Below, piece after piece: positions 17,561 to 25,700 of a DNA stretch of 39,316 nucleotides. A program made the position numbers and the translations under genes. Numbering within the stretch: the stretch's first letter is position 1; every line of letters begins with the position of its first letter. Source of the stretch: Eubacteriales bacterium (lineage in GTDB: Bacteria; Bacillota; Clostridia; Oscillospirales; CAG-272); assembly GCA_045596805.1 (NCBI GenBank), contig JAZOCY010000037.1, positions 1-39,316 on the forward strand, in the 5' to 3' direction. Under the pieces are notes generated by a model that saw only the letters and a list, made by a program, of their open reading frames with translations, made no database searches and had not been told where the DNA came from.

Positions 17561-18602
17561 AAACCTCCGCCGCAATAGCTTCGTCGCATATCAAGACCGA
17601 AAGAAGCTGAGAAAGCGATTTGCAGTCATATAACGAAACACTTTCCGAAAAGGTATGCATTGAGCCGAGAGGAATACCCAAATCGACACAGGGAATACCA
17701 AAATTAGAAAGGCCGAGAATGTTTCCGTTCGTGCCGACGTTGTTCGGCTCTGCTACCGTCTGATACGGCAGATTGCTTCTTTTTGAAAGCTCGATTATCT
17801 TTTTTGTAAATTTACGGCTCGTCACAGCCGAGAGAGAGACCGAATATCCCTCGCCCATCTTCAAGCTCAACGTTTCGTCTATTTTTGGCGCGCGGGCAAA
17901 GTTTACGTCAAGTGAAATCGCAAGATGCGCCTTCACCCTGTCTGCGCCCGTCTGTGCGCCTACAAAGCCGCCGTATTCCTCTCGACATGAGAAGAGCAGA
18001 TAAACGTCGAAGGCGAGCTCTTCTGCCGATACGCCCGAAATTGCGTCTAACGCCGACGCGCAACAGACCTTGTTGTCGAAGCCGTGTCCGCACAGAATAT
18101 TATTCGAAAGCGAAATGCATTTTTCGCAAAAGGAAACAGGAGAGCCTACCGAAACAATATTTTCAAGCGCAGTCTTCGAATATCCCGTGTCAATATAAAG
18201 TTCTTCCGGCTTTTCAAGCTTGTTTTTTGTTTCCTTAGTGAGCAGATGAGGGGGAGTAGAGGTTATTATTCCGAAAATTTCTTGTTTGCCATAGACGGTC
18301 ACCTCGCATCCCTGTAAAACGTGCGCGTCGAGGCCTCCGACAGAGGAGAACTTCAAAAAGCCACCGTCACATAGCTCGCTTACTACGAAGCCTATTTCAT
18401 CAATGTGCGCGTCTATAAGAATTCGCGGGGCATTTTCTTTTTTTGAACGTTTAACGAACAGGTAACTGCCCACCTTGTCGGTTATTGCCTCATCGAATAT
18501 TTTTTCACCGAGTTTGAGAATTTTTTCCTTGTTTCTGTATTCGAAGCCCGATACGGTCATTATAGAGCAAAGCTCTTCAATGTAATTTTTTATATTTTCC
18601 AT
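17541..18602 (-). CDS. M42-family metallo-aminopeptidase
   Basis: AHIDEIGFVV, GFDNKV, SCREEYGGFVGA, ISLDVN and GSMHTFSE are present. Confidence 0.85.
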   Translation of the reverse strand: MENIKNYIEELCSIMTVSGFEYRNKEKILKLGEKIFDEAITDKVGSYLFVKRSKKENAPRILIDAHIDEIGFVVSELCDGGFLKFSSVGGLDAHVLQGCEVTVYGKQEIFGIITSTPPHLLTKETKNKLEKPEELYIDTGYSKTALENIVSVGSPVSFCEKCISLSNNILCGHGFDNKVCCASALDAISGVSAEELAFDVYLLFSCREEYGGFVGAQTGADRVKAHLAISLDVNFARAPKIDETLSLKMGEGYSVSLSAVTSRKFTKKIIELSKRSNLPYQTVAEPNNVGTNGNILGLSNFGIPCVDLGIPLGSMHTFSESVSLYDCKSLSQLLSVLICDEAIAAEVYDARKN

Positions 18603-20024
18603 TTATTCTTTAAATCCGTTAACAATGTTTTTATAGGTTTTTCCACGTTGTTCGAAATTTTTGAAAGAGTCAAAGCTGGTACAGGCAGGGGAGAGGAGAA
18701 CGGTGTCGCCCTCTTTTGCCGCATCTCTCGCTTTCAGAACAGCGTCCTCAAAGCTCTCGCTTTTTATAACGGCGAGGTTGCTTTCTTTGAATTTTTCATA
18801 TGCGTTAAGAGCCTTTTCGATATCCGAAGCGGTTTGCCCCGTAAGCACTACCGCCTTCGCCCTTTCGCAGAGAGTAGCGGCAAGACTGTCAAAGGGGATT
18901 CCCTTTGCGGCTCCGCCGCAGATAACGATAGGCTTTTCCTTTAACGCGGAAAGCGCCGCCGCAGTTCTCGTGGGGGAGGAATCTATAGAGCTGTTATAGT
19001 ATTTTACGCCCTTAAAATTACGGACGAATTCGAGTCTATGCTCGACTCCGTTAAAGCTTTGAGCGACTTCCTTTACAACGTCGATATTCACGTAAGGGGC
19101 AGTTAATGCGATTGCCGCCATATAATTTTCCTCGTTGTGGATGCCGGGAATTTTTATTTCGCTCGCCCTCAGAACGGGAATTTCTCTTTCCTTGTTCCAA
19201 TAGATGATATAATCGCCTTTTTTATAGAGCTTTGTCGCAAGAGGAAATTCAGAGCGCATTTTCTCTTCGGTCATTTTTGCGGAAAAAACCGTCTTGTCGG
19301 TTATACTCTTTGCTATTTGAGCGCATTCTTCGTTTTGCGCGTTTAAGACGGCGTGAGTTTCTTTTCCCAGAATACGCTTTTTTGCCGTTATATATTCATA
19401 ATAGTCCTTATGCCAATTCAGGTGATTTGGCGTTATATTCGTTATTACGGCGCGTAAGGGAGAAAACCTGATATCCTGAAGCTGAAAGCTTGACAGCTCT
19501 AATACGGCGAAATCGTTTTCGGTCATTTCGTTTACTAAAGGGAGAAGCGGCGCGCCTATATTCCCACCGACGAAAACCTTGAAATTTCCGCTTATCTCAG
19601 CTTGTCTTTTTAGGAGCTCGTATGTCAGCGTCGTCGTAGTGGTTTTTCCGTCGCTTCCCGTAACAGCTAAAATTTTAGCGGGACAGAGCGAGAAGAAAAG
19701 CTCCATTTCGCTCGTTATAAAAGCGCCTTTTTTTTTGGCGGAGACAAATTCCGCGATGTCAGGTCTTACACCTGGCGAACGGAATATTATTTTTTCGTCT
19801 AAGTCATTTAAATATTCTTCACCGCAAATGAGCGTAACACCGCATTTTTCAAGCGCGAGTATTTCGCTTGATAGCTTGCTCTTTTCCTGTCTGTCGCGCG
19901 CGCTGAGTGATACTGCGCCTGAGGATAAGAGAAATTTCAGTAGCGGTATATTTGATATTCCCAGCCCCACTACCGTAATAGGAAGTGAAAGCATTTCTTC
20001 AAAATTCATATAACCGTTTTCCAT
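18603..20024 (-). CDS. murD: UDP-N-acetylmuramoyl-L-alanine--D-glutamate ligase
   Basis: Mur ligase P-loop VTGSDGKTTTTTL and the typical MurD N-terminal Rossmann domain with GxGxS (VVGLGISN). GGAGG RBS 6 nt upstream. Confidence 0.92.
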   Translation of the reverse strand: MENGYMNFEEMLSLPITVVGLGISNIPLLKFLLSSGAVSLSARDRQEKSKLSSEILALEKCGVTLICGEEYLNDLDEKIIFRSPGVRPDIAEFVSAKKKGAFITSEMELFFSLCPAKILAVTGSDGKTTTTTLTYELLKRQAEISGNFKVFVGGNIGAPLLPLVNEMTENDFAVLELSSFQLQDIRFSPLRAVITNITPNHLNWHKDYYEYITAKKRILGKETHAVLNAQNEECAQIAKSITDKTVFSAKMTEEKMRSEFPLATKLYKKGDYIIYWNKEREIPVLRASEIKIPGIHNEENYMAAIALTAPYVNIDVVKEVAQSFNGVEHRLEFVRNFKGVKYYNSSIDSSPTRTAAALSALKEKPIVICGGAAKGIPFDSLAATLCERAKAVVLTGQTASDIEKALNAYEKFKESNLAVIKSESFEDAVLKARDAAKEGDTVLLSPACTSFDSFKNFEQRGKTYKNIVNGFKE

Positions 20025-20056
20025 TTTGCGCCTCCAAATATATTACACCTCATTAT

Positions 20057-20085
20057 ATTATAATCCAAAAGCGCTTATATTGCAA
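20057..20085 (-). promoter_or_regulatory. candidate sigma-A promoter for murD (TTGCAA-17-TATAAT)
   Basis: On the minus strand, TTGCAA lies at 20085-20080 and TATAAT at 20062-20057, separated by a 17-nt spacer. Confidence 0.45.
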
Positions 20086-20129
20086 CATAAAAATCCTATG
20101 ACGAAAAAAATTTACAATGTATAAGCCAT

Positions 20130-20163
20130 AGAAAAAAACAAAAGACCTTAAAAAAGGTCTTTT
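20130..20163 (-). terminator. terminator downstream of rnpB
   Basis: On the minus strand, AAAAGACC-ttttttaa-GGTCTTTT is followed by a T-rich run. Confidence 0.6.
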
Positions 20164-20540
20164 GGCGACGTAAGCTTATAAGCCGGGTTCTGTGAACACG
20201 TAAGTGAACCGCAATCATCTATCTTCGCTATGCGTCACCGCATAGCTTGGAGAAATCTCCTGCCACCATTCCAAAAACGGCGAGCAGCCGTGGCATAAAG
20301 CCAAAAGAAAGGTGTTGCTTCGGATAGGGTTTACATTTGCACATAGTTACCTATAATGCCGGTGGGCTCTTACCTCGCCTTTGCATCCTTACCGTAAAAA
20401 CGGCGGTTTATTTCTGTTGCACTTTCCCTGAGGTCACCCTCGGCGGACGTTATCCGTTATCCTGCTCTGCGAAGCCCGGACTTTCCTCATAATAATACCT
20501 TTCGGCAACATATTACGCGATTGCGCCGCTTAGTCGCCTG
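20164..20540 (-). ncRNA. rnpB: RNase P RNA (bacterial, probably type A)
   Basis: The reverse complement contains the universally conserved P4 strands GAGGAAAGUCCGGGC and ACAGAACCCGGCUUA. A P1 helix pairs 5' GGCGAC with 3' GUCGCC. Length is about 377 nt. Confidence 0.9.
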
Positions 20541-20543
20541 TTA

Positions 20544-20572
20544 ATTATACGCCTTTTTTTAAGTTTTGTCAA
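20544..20572 (-). promoter_or_regulatory. consensus sigma-A promoter for rnpB (TTGACA-17-TATAAT)
   Basis: On the minus strand, TTGACA lies at 20572-20567 and TATAAT at 20549-20544. The predicted TSS coincides with the P1 5' end. Confidence 0.6.
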
Positions 20573-20584
20573 GTAATTTATTTC

Positions 20585-20628
20585 TGTGTATATTTCAACT
20601 GTTTTGTGTACATTTCAACTGTTTTGTC
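20585..20628 (+). repeat. 20-bp tandem direct repeat, 2.2 copies
   Basis: TGTGTATATTTCAACTGTTT (20585-20604), TGTGTACATTTCAACTGTTT (20605-20624) and TGTC (partial). There is one mismatch. The repeat lies between two divergent consensus promoters. Confidence 0.85.
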
Positions 20629-20638
20629 CGTCTGCGCA

Positions 20639-20667
20639 TTGACAAAAATAGCGTCTTATAATATAAT
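20639..20667 (+). promoter_or_regulatory. perfect consensus sigma-A promoter (TTGACA-17-TATAAT)
   Basis: TTGACA at 20639-20644, a 17-nt spacer, and TATAAT at 20662-20667. It lies 33 nt upstream of ATG 20700, which has a GGAGG RBS. Confidence 0.6.
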
Positions 20668-20699
20668 GAAAAAAAGTGAAAAAAACGGAGGTTTTTTAT

Positions 20700-22263
20700 A
20701 TGAAAAAGATTTTGTTTTTAGCTTTGCTGTTGACACTTTCTGTTTCTTTTCGGCTGCGGTGATACCCACCCCGTAGTAACAGAGCCGTCTCAGACAGAGC
20801 CCCCTGTGACCGACGCGCCTGTAGTTACAGAGCCACCTGTGACTGACGCGCCCGTAGTTACTGAGGCAGTCGTCAAAGACGTAAAGCCTGTTGAAGAATA
20901 TCCTGATTTTGTGAACAGGGTAGAAATAGTAGGAACAACCGATAAAGACGCTCTTTCCTATAAATTGGGCGAGGAAATTACCTTAAATATTTCTCTTAAG
21001 TATGATTCCAAAGAGATTGTAGGGTGCAGACAGTTTGACTATACGGTAATGGCTGACGGCGCTGAGCCTTACGGCGAAAAGATTTCGGGCAAAGACGGAC
21101 AGTTCAGCGTCACCGTTCCCGCAGGATATATAAAGGAACCCGGTTCTGTACGCATCAGAGTAACAGCCAAGAGCCAAAAGGGCATTATGTTGGGCTCTTT
21201 TATAGGCGGCGCTATTGTAAATTTGGATGAGATTTCTTCATCTGACCCCATACCCGCCGATTTTGCAGACTTCTGGCGTGGAAATCTTCAGAAACTTTTC
21301 ACTGTAAATCCCACAGAAAAAACTACACCCAGCGGAGATAAGCATTATTCCAACTACTTCCATTATTATAAAATGGACGAGGCGTATATGCGCAACTCGT
21401 TGAACTGCGAGTCTATGGTATCAAAGCTCAGCACCCATGATTTCTACGAGGTATTTTTGGCAGCCCCCGGTAAAATGCCTGCGGTATTCTATATTTCTAT
21501 TCCGAAAAATCTCAAAAACAATTCGTACCCCATTCATATGCAGCTGAATCACTACAGTCCGAGAAATGCTTACATAGGCGCAAGCGATTCCGAGATATAC
21601 ATAGGCGTAGGCCCGTGCGGTATGCCCGGCGTCTATTATGACGAAAAAACGAATACTTATACGAAAGCTCCCTATGATAGCATAGGCGCGCTGTTTGTGG
21701 ACGGTCCCGGATATGATAAAGCTGAGGACGTATATTTTGTGGGTATGCTGCAGAAGAATATTCAGGTATTACGCTTCATTTCAAATTCCGAATATACTAA
21801 GGGAACGCCGTTTGAAGCAGTAACTGCTCTCTATAACGGAAAAGTATCCTTTGGGGGAGGAAGCATGGGCGGCTTCCAGAGCGTAGCTACTGCGGCGCTT
21901 GTGTCGCTTTCTGCCGATATGGGAACAAGCGTGGGCTCGGTTGCCAAGGTCGAGGTGAGCTGTCCCTGGATGTGTGACCCCTTGACTATTTCGGGCGCAA
22001 CCAACCGTATTAAGGGCGAGGGCGCGCGCGCAAATACTACCTCTAAGGTGTTGAATTACTTTGACACGGCGCATTTTGCAAGCATAATCGAATGTCAAGA
22101 GCTTCTTATCATAGGCGGATTTGCGGACACAACCTGTCCCTCAACAGGCCTTATTGCCACTTATAATGCAGCGAAGTGCAAAACCGTTTTAGATATGACT
22201 CAGAATAGAGACCATTCGGGCGAGAATCCTAAGACAATAATTAAGTATACTCGCTCAAAATAA
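20700..22263 (+). pseudogene. acetyl-xylan-esterase-like (AXE1/CE7-type alpha/beta hydrolase) lipoprotein gene, frameshifted in the signal peptide
   Basis: ATG 20700 encodes MKKILFLALLLTLSVSFRLR, ending at a stop at 20760. The +1 frame continues ..LFLFGCGDTHPVVTEP.. (lipobox LFGC) into the 485-aa track ORF 20806..22263. Esterase motifs are DFADFWRG, GGGSMGG (GxSxG), YFDTAHFA, GGFADTTCP and RDHS. Confidence 0.7.
20803..20868 (+). repeat. 33-bp in-frame tandem duplication (PVTDAPVVTEP x2) in the linker
   Basis: 20803-20835 and 20836-20868 are near-identical, differing by a few mostly third-position changes. Confidence 0.8.
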
Positions 22264-22296
22264 AGGGGCTTCATATTCAGACATAACCGCATACAA

Positions 22297-22329
22297 AAAG
22301 AGATGTTATATAAATAGCATCTCTTTTTT
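22297..22329 (+). terminator. rho-independent terminator
   Basis: AAAGAGATG-12 nt-CATCTCTTT followed by TTTT. Confidence 0.75.
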
Positions 22330-22512
22330 CATCGTATAAATTTATTTAGGATTTATAGTTGAAAAACTTCGTTTTTCTTCCAAAAGACTGTATTTTTGTT
22401 TGCTATCGCCGTTCGCTTCCTCTCGGAGTACGAAGTACACCTTCGGGGCGCGAGCGACGATTTCTGCCTCGAATCTGCGCGCCCCGATTCTTTTCATATG
22501 TCAATTACTTTG

Positions 22513-23139
22513 TCAGCTCAATTTAAGCTCTGAATTTTTGATATCCAAAATTTTTCTCATTTGGGAATTAGCGAGTACAAGAGCGGCGACGATGAGCGTG
22601 AGTATAAGCTCGGGAAGCAGATATCCGCCGTTATATAAAAGCGAATAAGCGTACTTGCCCATACCGTCGGGCGCCCACTGTCCCCATATAACGACACCCG
22701 TTACGAAGTGGCAGACAAAGCGCAGGAAAACCGCGAGAGACAGTCCGAGGAATATGCCGAAATGGCGTACCTCTTTAAAATCGCCGTTTTTCTTCTGACG
22801 GAAAAGACGGAAATTCTTGAAAATTCCCGCGAGTCCCAAGACGGTAAACGGAAGCAGGTAGTCGAAGAAAAGACATACAACAACCGTCACCCAGCCTTCA
22901 CAGTAGATGAACACATCACCCTCTATGATAGCCTGTAAAAGCTGGAAAAGTGAATAGACGAACGCCGTGCCGAGCCCCTTAGCCAAGCCGAATTTTACGG
23001 CTATCAAGCATATAGGTAGCATACTAACGAGCGTGACGGAGCCGCCGAGAGGCATACTCCAGAGCTTTATAAAGCTCAAGGCAACCGAGAGCGCCAGCAT
23101 AACGGCGCATTGTGTTAGTGAAATGACAAACCTTTTCAT
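22513..23139 (-). CDS. thiT: thiamine transporter ThiT (ECF S-component / YuaJ family)
   Basis: About 6 TM helices and an N-terminal pattern LSFIKLWSMPLGGSVTLVSMLPICLIAVKFG typical of ThiT. It lies directly downstream of a TPP riboswitch. Confidence 0.8.
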   Translation of the reverse strand: MKRFVISLTQCAVMLALSVALSFIKLWSMPLGGSVTLVSMLPICLIAVKFGLAKGLGTAFVYSLFQLLQAIIEGDVFIYCEGWVTVVVCLFFDYLLPFTVLGLAGIFKNFRLFRQKKNGDFKEVRHFGIFLGLSLAVFLRFVCHFVTGVVIWGQWAPDGMGKYAYSLLYNGGYLLPELILTLIVAALVLANSQMRKILDIKNSELKLS

Positions 23140-23150
23140 TTCATCCTCCT

Positions 23151-23310
23151 AAAAATAAAGATACCGCATCGGAACCAATCCGTGCGGTAATTTCATTTAG
23201 AATAGAAATGTTCTATAATAGAAATCTTCCTACGACGGCATTATCCGTATCAGGTTAAAGGGTTCGGAGAAATCCGTCTCAGCTCTGCCTAAGGCAGCGC
23301 ACCCCTGATC
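23151..23310 (-). promoter_or_regulatory. TPP (THI-box) riboswitch with terminator-type expression platform
   Basis: The minus strand reads GGGGUGC...GCUGAGA...ACCCUUUAACCUGAUACGGAUAAUGCCGUCGUAGGAAG (aptamer about 23225-23310). This is followed by the hairpin ACCGCA-N14-UGCGGU (23162-23189) plus a U-run, just before the AGGAGG RBS. Confidence 0.9.
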
Positions 23311-23335
23311 TATTGATTCTTTGCAGTTCGATTGT

Positions 23336-23364
23336 ATTTTAGCACATATAAACAGAATTGTCAA
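23336..23364 (-). promoter_or_regulatory. promoter for riboswitch-thiT (TTGACA-17-TAAAAT)
   Basis: On the minus strand, TTGACA lies at 23364-23359 and TAAAAT at 23341-23336. Confidence 0.55.
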
Positions 23365-23397
23365 TACATTTTTGTTAAAAAAGTACACAAAATTTTC

Positions 23398-23426
23398 TTG
23401 ATTTTTCCACTGTATTGTTGTATAAT
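23398..23426 (+). promoter_or_regulatory. promoter for small ORF (TTGATT-17-TATAAT)
   Basis: TTGATT at 23398-23403 and TATAAT at 23421-23426. Confidence 0.5.
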
Positions 23427-23457
23427 ATAGTAAAGGATATTTGAAAGGAGAAGCGCT

Positions 23458-23628
23458 ATGAAAAACTTTTTGGCTGCTATAGGAGTCCTTGCTATGCTTG
23501 CAGGTACAGCTCTGGCTGTTGTTATGCTTTGGGAGAAGTATAATAGCTGTAAAGAAGAGCTTGAGGCTGAGGACGAGGATGCAGAGCTTGAAGAAGTAGA
23601 GACCTCAGAGCCTGTAATCGAGGAATAA
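23458..23628 (+). CDS. 56-aa single-pass membrane protein with highly acidic tail (not in ORF track)
   Basis: My own translation gives MKNFLAAIGVLAMLAGTALAVVMLWEKYNSCKEELEAEDEDAELEEVETSEPVIEE. There is an AAAGGAG RBS 8 nt upstream, and the ORF has its own promoter and terminator. Confidence 0.5.
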   Translation: MKNFLAAIGVLAMLAGTALAVVMLWEKYNSCKEELEAEDEDAELEEVETSEPVIEE

Positions 23629-23674
23629 TTTTTTTAATTAAGTTTAGATTTTATTTTTTTTTGGAATATTTTAT

Positions 23675-23706
23675 GGGGCGCAAAATGAGCGCCCCTGATT
23701 TTTTTT
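23675..23706 (+). terminator. rho-independent terminator
   Basis: GGGGCGC-aaaatga-GCGCCCC followed by tgaTTTTTTTT. Confidence 0.75.
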
Positions 23707-23711
23707 GCTCT

Positions 23712-23757
23712 ATAAAAACAAAAAATGTGAAAGAAAGCGAACGCTTCCTTTCACATT
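23712..23757 (-). terminator. terminator of the ylxM-ffh-rpsP-KH operon
   Basis: On the minus strand, AATGTGAAAGGAAGCG-tt-CGCTTTCTTTCACATT is followed by TTTTGTTTTT. Confidence 0.7.
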
Positions 23758-23771
23758 AAATACGACGTATG

Positions 23772-24005
23772 TTATTTAATTTCTACGGTCACGTGTTTAC
23801 CGCAGTTGTTAGCCGCAGCCTTCATAACGGCGCGTATAGCCTTGGCTATCTTGCCGTGTCTGCCGATTACCATTCCGGTATCGTCTTCTGCTACCGAAAG
23901 CACCAGCGTAACGTTATCTCCGTCTACGGTTTCGACTACCGAAACCTCGTCGGGAGAATCAACAATTGCGCGCGCAATATCGGTGAGGATAAGCTTCAAA
24001 TCCAT
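23772..24005 (-). CDS. KH-domain RNA-binding protein (YlqC / UPF0109)
   Basis: GMVIGRHGKIAKAIRAVM contains the GxxG KH motif. It occupies the conserved position after rpsP. Confidence 0.85.
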   Translation of the reverse strand: MDLKLILTDIARAIVDSPDEVSVVETVDGDNVTLVLSVAEDDTGMVIGRHGKIAKAIRAVMKAAANNCGKHVTVEIK

Positions 24006-24053
24006 TATTATTCTCCTTTGTAGAAAAATTTAAGAGCGAACTACAAAGAAAAA

Positions 24054-24296
24054 TTACTTAATGATTTCGCTTTTTTTGAAGATAGCCTTAACTGTCTCGG
24101 TAGGCTGAGCGCCCTTTGCAAGCCATTCTGTAGCCTTTTCAGCGTCGATTTTGATTTCAGCGGGAGATGTAAGGGGATTGTAGTATCCAATTTCCTCAAT
24201 AAATCTGCCGTCTCTGGGGTATCTGCCGTCCGCAACGATTACGCGGTAGAAGGGAGCCTTCTTTGCGCCCATTCTTCTGAGTCTGATTTTTACCAT
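24054..24296 (-). CDS. rpsP: 30S ribosomal protein S16
   Basis: [41 protein letters not shown]: canonical S16. Confidence 0.95.
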   Translation of the reverse strand: MVKIRLRRMGAKKAPFYRVIVADGRYPRDGRFIEEIGYYNPLTSPAEIKIDAEKATEWLAKGAQPTETVKAIFKKSEIIK

Positions 24297-24345
24297 TGTT
24301 TTTTCCTCCGAAAATATATAATAAATTTATTTATAAAAACCCGAA

Positions 24346-25683
24346 TTAAAACGGAATTTTCATCTTGGAATTTCCAAAGAAGCCACGCATCTTCGAGGAA
24401 GATAACTGCTTCATCATCTTCTTCATTTGTTCAAATTGCTTTAAAAGACGGTTTACGTCCTCAACTGAACAGCCACTTCCCGCCGCTATGCGTTTCCTGC
24501 GCGAGCCGTTTATTATTTCAGGCTTTGCTCGTTCCTTCTTTGTCATCGATAGCACGATAGCCTCTGTTCTGGCGAGCTGCTTTTCGTCAACGTTCATATC
24601 CTTTAACGAGCCTGCCTTTACGCCGGGAAGCATAGATATGAGCTGCTCAAAGCTGCCCATCTGCTTTATCTGCTTGAATTGAAGCAGAAAGTCATCTAAG
24701 GTAAAAGACGCGTCGCGCATTTTCTTTTCAAGCTCTTCGGCTGTTTTCTGGTCATAAGCCGCTTCCGCCTTTTCAATCAGCGAAAGCACGTCTCCCATTC
24801 CGAGAATACGGGAAGCCATTCTGTCGGGATGGAAAAGCTCTATAGTGTCTAACTTTTCGCCCGTTCCTACAAATTTAATAGGCTTGCCAGTTATATATTT
24901 TACCGAAAGCGCGGCGCCGCCTCTGGTGTCGCCGTCCATTTTACTGAGAACTACGCCCGAAATGTCGAGCAAGTCATTAAAGGACTCGGCTACGTTAACG
25001 GCGTCCTGACCCGTCATAGCGTCTACAACGAGCAGAATTTCGGCGGGCGCAGTCGCATCCTTGATATTCTTGAGCTCGTCCATAAGCTCTTCATCTATAT
25101 GAAGTCTGCCCGCGGTATCTAAAAATACCAGATCGTATCCGTTTTTACGGGCGTGCTCTATGCTCGCGCGAGCGATTTCAACGGGGGAAATGCCGTTACC
25201 CATAGAAAATACGGGAACAGAAAGCTGCTCTCCCACAATTTCAAGCTGCTTTATAGCGGCTGGACGGTAAACGTCACAGGCGACAAGCAAAGGATTTTTC
25301 CCCTTCTTCTTATACATACCCGCGATTTTCGCGCTGTGCGTGGTTTTACCCGCGCCCTGTAAGCCGACCATCATTATGACCGTAGGGGGCTTTGAAGAAA
25401 TTTCGAGCTTAGGCGTTTCTCCACCCATGAGCTTGATAAGCTCCTCGTTTACTATCTTTACTATTTGCTGAGCAGGAAGAAGGCTTTCAAGCACCTCGCT
25501 GCCTACAGCTCTTTCCGTAACCGATTTAACAAACTCACGCACGACCTTGAAGTTGACGTCAGCTTCAAGCAGCGCCAGCTTTATTTCACGCATTCCCTCG
25601 CGTACGTCGGCTTCCGAGAGCTTTCCTCTGTTCTTGAATTTTTTAAAGGCGTTAGCCAATTTATCTGCAAGGCTCTGGAACAA
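24346..25683 (-). CDS. ffh: signal recognition particle protein Ffh
   Basis: NG domain with GLQGAGKTT and DTAGR motifs, plus a Met-rich M domain. Confidence 0.97.
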   Translation of the reverse strand: MFQSLADKLANAFKKFKNRGKLSEADVREGMREIKLALLEADVNFKVVREFVKSVTERAVGSEVLESLLPAQQIVKIVNEELIKLMGGETPKLEISSKPPTVIMMVGLQGAGKTTHSAKIAGMYKKKGKNPLLVACDVYRPAAIKQLEIVGEQLSVPVFSMGNGISPVEIARASIEHARKNGYDLVFLDTAGRLHIDEELMDELKNIKDATAPAEILLVVDAMTGQDAVNVAESFNDLLDISGVVLSKMDGDTRGGAALSVKYITGKPIKFVGTGEKLDTIELFHPDRMASRILGMGDVLSLIEKAEAAYDQKTAEELEKKMRDASFTLDDFLLQFKQIKQMGSFEQLISMLPGVKAGSLKDMNVDEKQLARTEAIVLSMTKKERAKPEIINGSRRKRIAAGSGCSVEDVNRLLKQFEQMKKMMKQLSSSKMRGFFGNSKMKIPF

Positions 25684-25700
25684 CTTATGTTCCTCCTTTT

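Noticed and set aside
20585-20628. Possible CRISPR-like array
   Set aside because: There are only 2.2 directly abutting copies of a 20-mer, with no spacers and no cas genes. It is a simple tandem repeat, reported as a candidate operator.
22400-22648. 82-aa plus-strand ORF
   Set aside because: It starts in the GC-rich hairpin block and runs antisense into thiT, with no RBS. It is treated as spurious, and the underlying hairpins are reported separately.
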